Under the pieces are notes generated by a model that did no database searches, was not told where the DNA came from, and worked only from the letters and a program-made list of their open reading frames with translations. 64,000 nt of DNA from Leptonemataceae bacterium (GTDB lineage Bacteria > Spirochaetota > Leptospiria > Leptospirales > Leptonemataceae), in the NCBI GenBank assembly GCA_965227295.1, contig OZ245742.1, positions 3,392,001-3,456,000 on the forward strand. The letters run 5' to 3'. The number at the start of each line of letters is the position of its first letter. Positions within the stretch are counted from its first letter, which is position 1. A program made the translations under genes and the position numbers. Shown here piece after piece: positions 57,899-64,000 of this stretch.

Positions 57899-58303
57899 TT
57901 AAGGGGCGATGGATTCCAGGATCGCGCGGTATTCGTCGCTGATGGGAATCTTCGTCGCCTGTTTGTAATCGTAGGCCACCATCACCGTAACGGCCTCGGC
58001 GAAGGCCTTCCCGCCGCCGGGCGGCCGAATGTCGTAGGCGAAGTCCCAGGAAGTGGTGCCGATGCGCGGTACGGTGAGTTCCACCTCAATGCGATCCTGG
58101 TCCAACTCCAGGGGACGCCGGTAGTCGATGCGTGTGCTGGCCAGGATAAAGGGAATGTCGTGAGGTCCGCGCAGATTCGGATGGTGCTTGCGATAAAACT
58201 CCAGGCGGGCGGTCTCGCAGTAGCTCATGAACACCGCGTTGTTCACGTGCCCCATGCCGTCGGTATCGCGGAAGCGGATCTGGATTTCGATGACGTAGGC
58301 CAT
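57899..58303 (-). CDS. acyl-CoA thioesterase (4HBT/FcbC hotdog fold)
   Basis: RF.DTD..GHVNNA.F..Y.E.AR. Confidence 0.92.
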   Translation of the reverse strand: MAYVIEIQIRFRDTDGMGHVNNAVFMSYCETARLEFYRKHHPNLRGPHDIPFILASTRIDYRRPLELDQDRIEVELTVPRIGTTSWDFAYDIRPPGGGKAFAEAVTVMVAYDYKQATKIPISDEYRAILESIAP

Positions 58304-58598
58304 GGTGTCTGCCAGGCTACATTCTGTAATAGTAATGTAAACCCGAAAACGAATTGTCCGCCAGGGAGTACAGATCAGCCCAATGGAGTACTTCTTTCAA
58401 GCGCCTGGAAGAGTACATCCGACACGGCGCCGAAATTCTTGGAATGGAATCCGGCGATGTCCTTTACGTTGGTGATCAGCTCTCGGGGACACGGTAGCCC
58501 GGCCCGTTTTTATAAAGTCTTGACTGTAAACAATTAGCAGGCTGCTGAAAAAGTCGAATTTTCCTGGCGATTTCACGGCGTCCGTCCAGAAAAGTCAC

Positions 58599-59126
58599 AT
58601 GCGTGGCGAAGAAGAAAAGCAACCGAGTATCTGGAGTCATGTTTCGATGGAGGATCGGATCCCGTCGGATCACCCATTGCGTGGCATTCGCAAGTTGACG
58701 GATGAAGTGCTCGCGAAGTTGAGCGATCGATTCGATGAAATGTATCCGGCATTCGGACGGCCTTCGCTTCCGCCAGAGTATCTTCTGCGGGCCCTTTTGT
58801 TGCAGGTGTTGTTCACCGTGCGCAGCGAGCGCCAGTTGATGGAGCAGACGAATTGTAATCTGCTGTATCGCTGGTTTATCGGCTTAAGCGCGGATGATCC
58901 GGTCTGGGACGCGAGCGTATTTTCAAAGAATCGCGATCGTCTGATGCAAGGCGGTATTGCCGACGAATTCTTTCGCGGCGTTCTGGAGGTGGCGGATGAT
59001 CGCGGGCTGATCAGCGATGAACACTTCACTGTGGATGCCACGTTGCTGGAGGCTGCATCGAGCCTGAAGAGCTTCCAAAAAAAGAGGGCGGGCGATCTCC
59101 TTCGGATGAAAGAGGCCGCCGCATGA
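58599..59126 (+). pseudogene. truncated IS5/IS1182-type transposase (DUF772 region + first DDE Asp only)
   Basis: HPLR.IR, GRPS.PPE.LLRALLLQ, RSERQLMEQ, FTVDATL.EA..S.KSF, then an early stop. Confidence 0.88.
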
Positions 59127-59153
59127 TTGCGACTGCTAACTTGCGAATTATCA

Positions 59154-59365
59154 GCGTTAGGGATGCGCAGGGTGCCGCGCAGCGGCAGTCCGGAGCGCGA
59201 AGCGCGGAGGACCAGCAAGGCGCCGCTTGTCGGTGCCGCGGTAGATGTTCCCCGCTGGCGAAGCGGAGCCCGGAGCAGCCCGGCGCCCGGCGGCTTCAGA
59301 CGGGGTGGATCGAACAGCGACCCCGGCCAGCGGGGTCTCGTTGGCGCCGGCCGGGCGCAACGCCC
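59154..59365. repeat. structured repeat, family A copy 3 (Flavo-1-like), inside the IS remnant
   Basis: GCGTTAGGGATGCGCAGGG-TGCCGC-GCA-GCGGCA-GTCCGGAGCGCGAAGCGCGGAGGACC..GGAGCCCGGAGCAGCCCG..CGCCC. Confidence 0.85.
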
Positions 59366-59483
59366 ACAAGGATTTCACTGAATTAACTACTCAGGAGACT
59401 TTTTCAGCAGCCTACCATTTTCCGAAAAAATCCCGCGGGAAATCCTTGCAAGCTTCGCCGCGCTGGAGAAAGTTCTTCGTGTT

Positions 59484-59960
59484 ATGAACCGCCTTGCCGT
59501 ACTTCTGGGAATCATTCTCACTTTCGCCGCCGGCAACGTCTTCGCGCGCACGGTCTACGTGCAGAATCCGAAAGCGAAACTTCTGAACCAGCCGTCCATG
59601 AATGCGCCGGGCACGCCGCTGCAAAAAGGCACCGCGCTTACGGCCCTGGGGGACCAGGGCATGTTCGTTCAGGTTCGCGCGGCCCAGGGCAACGGCTATG
59701 TTCCGCGGCTGTTCGTTTCGCCGTATCCGCCGGGGAAACGCATGAACCTGGGCGGCAGCATCAAACGCAGCGACGCCGTGGAGGCCCGGGCCCGGGCGTC
59801 CACGTACTCCCGTACCGCCGCGGCCCGGGGTCTGGTGGTCACGCAAAAGAGTCGCCTGCGCGGGCGGATGAACGAGTACGACTTCGCCGCCGTCGACTGG
59901 CTGGAGGACGTACACGTGAGCGAGGCCGACGTGGAAGCCTTCCGTTCCGGCACGCCGTAA
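59484..59960 (+). CDS. exported SH3b-like domain protein
   Basis: Sec signal; L...P......L.KG..L.....G.F.QV.....GYV; C-terminal AAARG. Confidence 0.75.
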   Translation: MNRLAVLLGIILTFAAGNVFARTVYVQNPKAKLLNQPSMNAPGTPLQKGTALTALGDQGMFVQVRAAQGNGYVPRLFVSPYPPGKRMNLGGSIKRSDAVEARARASTYSRTAAARGLVVTQKSRLRGRMNEYDFAAVDWLEDVHVSEADVEAFRSGTP

Positions 59961-59965
59961 CTAAC

Positions 59966-60787
59966 ATGCAAAGAGCGATTGTTAGTCTGATGGTCGGGGG
60001 ATTTGCGGTTCTGCTGTCTGCGGGTTGCGCGAGCGCGCCGGCCGGTCGTTCGGTGGCGGACGTCAGCCAGGAACGCGACGTCGGTCGGGCCCTCGCGGCC
60101 TCGCTCATTCGCAATCACGGCGGCCTGGTGCGGGACGAGCAACTCACGCGCTACATAAACCTGGTGGGACTCTCCGTCGCGGAATTCTCCGGCCGGCCGG
60201 AGCTGCCGTTTCACTTCGGTCTCTTGAATTCCGACGACGTCCTGGTGTTCGCCTGTCCGGGCGGCTACGTCTTAATTTCTCGTGGGGCCATGTCAGCCAT
60301 GGAAGACGAGGCCGAACTGGCCGGCGTCCTGGCCCATGAACTCACGCACATTTCCCTCGATCATGCCGGGGACTTTCGCGCCGGCAATCGTTTCGTGGCC
60401 CTGCTCGGTACCTTTCTGAGCGGCGGCGGGGCGGTCCTGAACTCCGCCGTAAGATCCAACGTCCAGAAGTTAGAGGACACGCTCCTGGAAGAGGGGCGTT
60501 CGCCGGAGCTGGAGTTCGAGGCGGACCGTGGCGGCGTCATGCTCGCGGCGGCGTCCGGCTACGATCCGTCCGGCATCGTCCGCTACTTCGAACGCCTGGG
60601 CCGCGCGAGCGGGACCGAGCGTTTCGCAAAGACGCATCCGGCCATGGGGGAACGCGTTGTTCGATTGAAGGCGTTCCTGGGCGAGCAGGGATTGGGAGGC
60701 GGCGCTGTTCACGCGACGCGTTTTCTGGATCATCGCAGACGGTTGTCTTCAATAAAAGAGGAAGAGCCGCAAAGGCCAACACAATGA
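59966..60787 (+). CDS. M48 family zinc metalloprotease lipoprotein
   Basis: Lipobox SAGC; FACPGG, EAELAGVLAHELTH, E.EAD, GYDP, THP...ER. Confidence 0.9.
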   Translation: MQRAIVSLMVGGFAVLLSAGCASAPAGRSVADVSQERDVGRALAASLIRNHGGLVRDEQLTRYINLVGLSVAEFSGRPELPFHFGLLNSDDVLVFACPGGYVLISRGAMSAMEDEAELAGVLAHELTHISLDHAGDFRAGNRFVALLGTFLSGGGAVLNSAVRSNVQKLEDTLLEEGRSPELEFEADRGGVMLAAASGYDPSGIVRYFERLGRASGTERFAKTHPAMGERVVRLKAFLGEQGLGGGAVHATRFLDHRRRLSSIKEEEPQRPTQ

Positions 60788-62238
60788 ACAGCACAAAGAT
60801 CTACACGATAGCCCTTGTCACGGCGCTCACTGTCCCGGCCTCGCTCGCCGCCGACGAATTTCACAACATCAACGGTTTCTTCGGGGAACGCGCGGCGGGA
60901 CTCGCCGGGGCCTACGTCGCCGTCAGCGATGACCCCTCCGGCATGGTCTACAATCCGGCCGGCCTGGTTTACGCCTACGACCAGTACATCTCGCTGTCCG
61001 TGAGTTCGTACAGTGAGACCTCGAAGGAATTCCGAAACGTCTTCGGCATCGGCCAGGACTATACGCGTACGTCCCGCGCCTACGCGCCGAATTTCTTCGG
61101 CGCCATTACGACCTTCGGCGACGTAAAGTTCGGCCTGGCCATCGTGAGCCCGCAGCAGGAAGAGTTCGATCAGGCCGATCAGATCTACTATCCCCAGAAC
61201 GGACCGAACTCCGCGTTCTTGCGGACGGACTTTACCGACGAAACTACCGAGATCCTGGGCGGGCCGGCCCTGGCCATTTCTCTGGGCGATCGTCTCTCCA
61301 TCGGCGCGACGATCTTCGGAGAATGGAACAGCCGGCGCATCATCTCGCGCATCTTAAACGTGGACCAGTCCGGTGGTTACGTCTCCGATTCGTTTCAGGA
61401 TCGCCGCCGGACCATCAGTATCGTGCCGGTCCTGGGTTTGCAGTACATGCCCACGGACGAACTGGCGCTGGGTTTTTCGGCGCGCCGACGTTTCGTAACC
61501 AGCGGTTCGCGACTGCTTTCTTCTATTACCACGACGTCTTCGAACTCGGCGCCGGACTCGCTGAGCATCGCTCAGGTCACGGACAAACGTTTCGCCGTGA
61601 TCAGTCAGGATCAGATCATCACCGCGCCCGGCGTGCGGGGCGAGTTGCCGGAAACCTACGAACTGCGCGGCGGCTTCGCGTACTTCGTCTCGCGCTATTT
61701 CCTTACGTCGTTCGATGTGATCTACACCAGCGGCTATCGCAGCAGTCAGCAAAATATCGGCGCGGAGCTCCTGTCGCGCACGCTCATCGTGGACAACGGC
61801 GACGAGCCGTTGCTCAGCCGCGAGGAAACCCTGAACGTCGCCGCGGGTCTCGAGTACTATGTCACGGACAACTTTTCGTTGCGCGGCGGTTTCTTCACGA
61901 ACAAGGCGAACTCCGAGGACATCGATTGGTTTCGGGCCGCTCTCATCGGCGCCGCGCGTAGCGTCATTCGCGAGGGCAACCTCTCGGCCACGGACGTCTT
62001 TACGCAATCGAACATCGTGGTGGCGGTGCCGGACCTGGCTCAATCTCTGCGCAACGAACACGTCGACCTGCAGGGCTATACCTTCGGCCTGGCCTGGGGA
62101 GATGCGACGTCCTCCGTGAGTCTGAGTTTTTCCCTGGAGCGCGGGCGGGGCGGGGCGCAGATCGATCCCGGCGGATTGCCCCAGCCGCTCGTCTACGAAA
62201 ATCGGACGGTCTACCTGGTGGCGAGCACGCGCCAGTAG
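60784..62238 (+). CDS. OmpP1/FadL/TodX-like outer-membrane beta-barrel
   Basis: Signal peptide; G.RAAG.AGAY.A.SDD.S...YNPAGL; amphipathic beta strands. Confidence 0.8.
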   Translation: MNSTKIYTIALVTALTVPASLAADEFHNINGFFGERAAGLAGAYVAVSDDPSGMVYNPAGLVYAYDQYISLSVSSYSETSKEFRNVFGIGQDYTRTSRAYAPNFFGAITTFGDVKFGLAIVSPQQEEFDQADQIYYPQNGPNSAFLRTDFTDETTEILGGPALAISLGDRLSIGATIFGEWNSRRIISRILNVDQSGGYVSDSFQDRRRTISIVPVLGLQYMPTDELALGFSARRRFVTSGSRLLSSITTTSSNSAPDSLSIAQVTDKRFAVISQDQIITAPGVRGELPETYELRGGFAYFVSRYFLTSFDVIYTSGYRSSQQNIGAELLSRTLIVDNGDEPLLSREETLNVAAGLEYYVTDNFSLRGGFFTNKANSEDIDWFRAALIGAARSVIREGNLSATDVFTQSNIVVAVPDLAQSLRNEHVDLQGYTFGLAWGDATSSVSLSFSLERGRGGAQIDPGGLPQPLVYENRTVYLVASTRQ

Positions 62239-62272
62239 CCGATCGCTAACATTCGACCGGTAACAATCAGTC

Positions 62273-64000
62273 ATGAACATCCAACGCAAACTCATCTGGG
62301 CCGCGCTGTTCGTCCTGGTGCCGTTCGTTTACGTTGCGCTGCTCGACCTTGCCGGCACCCGGGAGCGCCTGGACAACGTGTTCGTCGACATTCGCTACCG
62401 GGTCGCGAATCCCGGGCACCGCATTTCCGACAAAATCGCCATCATCGACGTGGACGAGGAATCGCTGCAGCAGCTCAAGGACGACGAGTTGTTCGGGCGC
62501 TGGCCCTGGCGTCGCGCCGCTTATACGGAGGTACTGGACTTCGCCCTGTACCGGGCCCAGGCGCGGGCGGTACTCTTCGACATTCTGTTCGTCGAGCGTT
62601 CGTTTTTCCAGGGGCCCAACGCGGAGTTCAGTGACGACGAGATCCTGGCCTCCGCCGGCGACTACTTTCCGGGCATCTATCACGCGATCAACTTTCGTTA
62701 CGATGCCAACGCTCCCCGGGTGCCGCCGCCGTTGCCGGAGCCGGAGTTGCTTTCGAAGGCCTGGGACGTGCACGTGGCGAACGAGGACATTGTGCCCGTC
62801 TTCAATCGCGTCGCCTATCCGGCCGGGGAGATCGGCCATCGTGTGTCCGGGCTGCAGTCGGTGACGTTCGCCCCGGATCCGGACGGCATCTCCCGGCGCA
62901 TCCGCCCGCTGTTCGGCGTGGGGGAGGCGGGCAATCGAAAGTTCTACCCGACCCTGGCCCTGGCCGGGCTGGACGCCGTGCACGGTGTCCGTGACGTAAC
63001 TTACACTGAAAACAATCTAACGATTCAAACTCAGGACGGCTCCGCCCTCGAACATCCTCTGCAAGACGGGCAGATGCGCCTGCACTATTACAGCGAGGAA
63101 GAACTGGAACGCATTCCCCGCCTGGGCGTCTTCGCCTTTCTGGCGTCCATGTCTTTGATCGAGCAGGGCGTCGACGACTTCAGCGAACTGGCCGTGGACC
63201 CGACGCTGCTGGCCGATCGCGTAGTAATCCTGGGGACCTCCGCCGCCGCCACCCACGATACGGTGACGACGCCCTACGGCATCGCGCCGGGGTTTATGCT
63301 GCACGCGATTCTGCTATCGAACTTACTCGAGGGCCACGCCCTGCACGTACTGCCCGGCTGGCTCGGCTACGCGATGATGATCGTACTGTTGCCGTTGACC
63401 GTGGCCTGCGTCCTGTTTTTTCACAACGTGGTGTTGCGGGTGATTCTGCCCGTGACGGTGTTCCTCGCCGTGGGTCTCAGTGCGGTCGTCTTGTTTCAGT
63501 ACGACATCGCGCTGCCCATGGCGCACGTCTGGCTTTCCATGCCGCCGGTTTTTCTGGCGTCCATGGCGTTGTTGAGTTTTACCGAGGGCGCCGAGAAGCG
63601 TCGCTATCGTCGCGTGCTCTCGAACATGGTGGACCCGACCATCGTCGGCGAGGCGTTAAAGGATCTCGAAGCGTTGAAACAGGGCGGGGAGAAAGAAATC
63701 ACCGCCTTCTTCTCGGACGTCGCCGGTTTCTCGACGATCAGCGAAGGGCTGAGTTCCCAGGCCCTGGCCGATCTTTTGAACGAGTACCTTTCGGCCATGA
63801 CGCTCATCTTAAAACACCATCGCGGCACGCTGGACAAGTACATCGGCGACGCGGTGGTGGGCATCTTCGGCGCGCCGATTGATCAGCCCGAACACTTTCG
63901 CGACGCGGCCCGGGCGAGCCTGGAGATGCTTGAACGCCTGGAAGAATTGAAAGCGTACTGGAAAAAGAACGATCTCTACATAGCTGAAGCGCAGGACATG
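62273..64000 (+). CDS. CHASE2-domain adenylate/guanylate cyclase; runs off the 3' end and is absent from the ORF track
   Basis: My translation from ATG 62273: I.IIDVDEESL...GRWPW.R, FDILF, D.DG..R, TP.G..PG...HA, three TM helices, then TAFFSDVAGFSTISE...DKYIGDA. Confidence 0.9.
   Translation, partial: MNIQRKLIWAALFVLVPFVYVALLDLAGTRERLDNVFVDIRYRVANPGHRISDKIAIIDVDEESLQQLKDDELFGRWPWRRAAYTEVLDFALYRAQARAVLFDILFVERSFFQGPNAEFSDDEILASAGDYFPGIYHAINFRYDANAPRVPPPLPEPELLSKAWDVHVANEDIVPVFNRVAYPAGEIGHRVSGLQSVTFAPDPDGISRRIRPLFGVGEAGNRKFYPTLALAGLDAVHGVRDVTYTENNLTIQTQDGSALEHPLQDGQMRLHYYSEEELERIPRLGVFAFLASMSLIEQGVDDFSELAVDPTLLADRVVILGTSAAATHDTVTTPYGIAPGFMLHAILLSNLLEGHALHVLPGWLGYAMMIVLLPLTVACVLFFHNVVLRVILPVTVFLAVGLSAVVLFQYDIALPMAHVWLSMPPVFLASMALLSFTEGAEKRRYRRVLSNMVDPTIVGEALKDLEALKQGGEKEITAFFSDVAGFSTISEGLSSQALADLLNEYLSAMTLILKHHRGTLDKYIGDAVVGIFGAPIDQPEHFRDAARASLEMLERLEELKAYWKKNDLYIAEAQDM

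Larger units (their letters stand above)
58539..59413 (+). mobile_element. internally deleted IS5-type insertion sequence with perfect 17-bp terminal inverted repeats
   Basis: AGGCTGCTGAAAAAGTC (58539-58555) and GACTTTTTCAGCAGCCT (59397-59413) flank a truncated transposase. Confidence 0.88.

Noticed and set aside
58348..58497. Short plus-strand frame reading ...AEILGMESGDVLYVGD, resembling a HAD motif IV fragment next to the IS
   Set aside because: About 50 codons with no clear start; too short to support a call

Overview
GC-rich bacterial chromosomal segment with about 55 genes. It most likely comes from a Leptospiraceae/Leptospirales spirochete; this is an inference from a DUF1554 (Len-like) protein, two 7TM-DISM histidine kinases, a CHASE2 cyclase, a GAF-SpoIIE phosphatase and many lipoproteins. 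The left half is mostly housekeeping and accessory genes (hemF, Sua5/TsaC, M16 and M28 peptidases, CitE-like lyase, higBA, two DUF4139/4140 proteins, RlmL-like methylase). The right half (about 36-57 kb) is rich in lipid-oxygenation and signalling genes. It holds a translationally coupled alpha-dioxygenase-like heme peroxidase + lipoxygenase pair between the two 7TM-DISM kinases, and a sterol-desaturase / DUF2804-like / P450 / tandem gamma-carbonic-anhydrase operon set head-to-head with a soluble-adenylyl-cyclase-like STAND protein. Non-coding highlights: three copies of a structured repeat with covarying stems and GNA triloops (Flavo-1-like), one of them inside an internally deleted IS5-type element; a second family of inverted-repeat arms with unrelated interiors; and several gene remnants. 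No rRNA, tRNA or CRISPR array was recognised. All family calls come from motif recognition by eye; no database searches were run.
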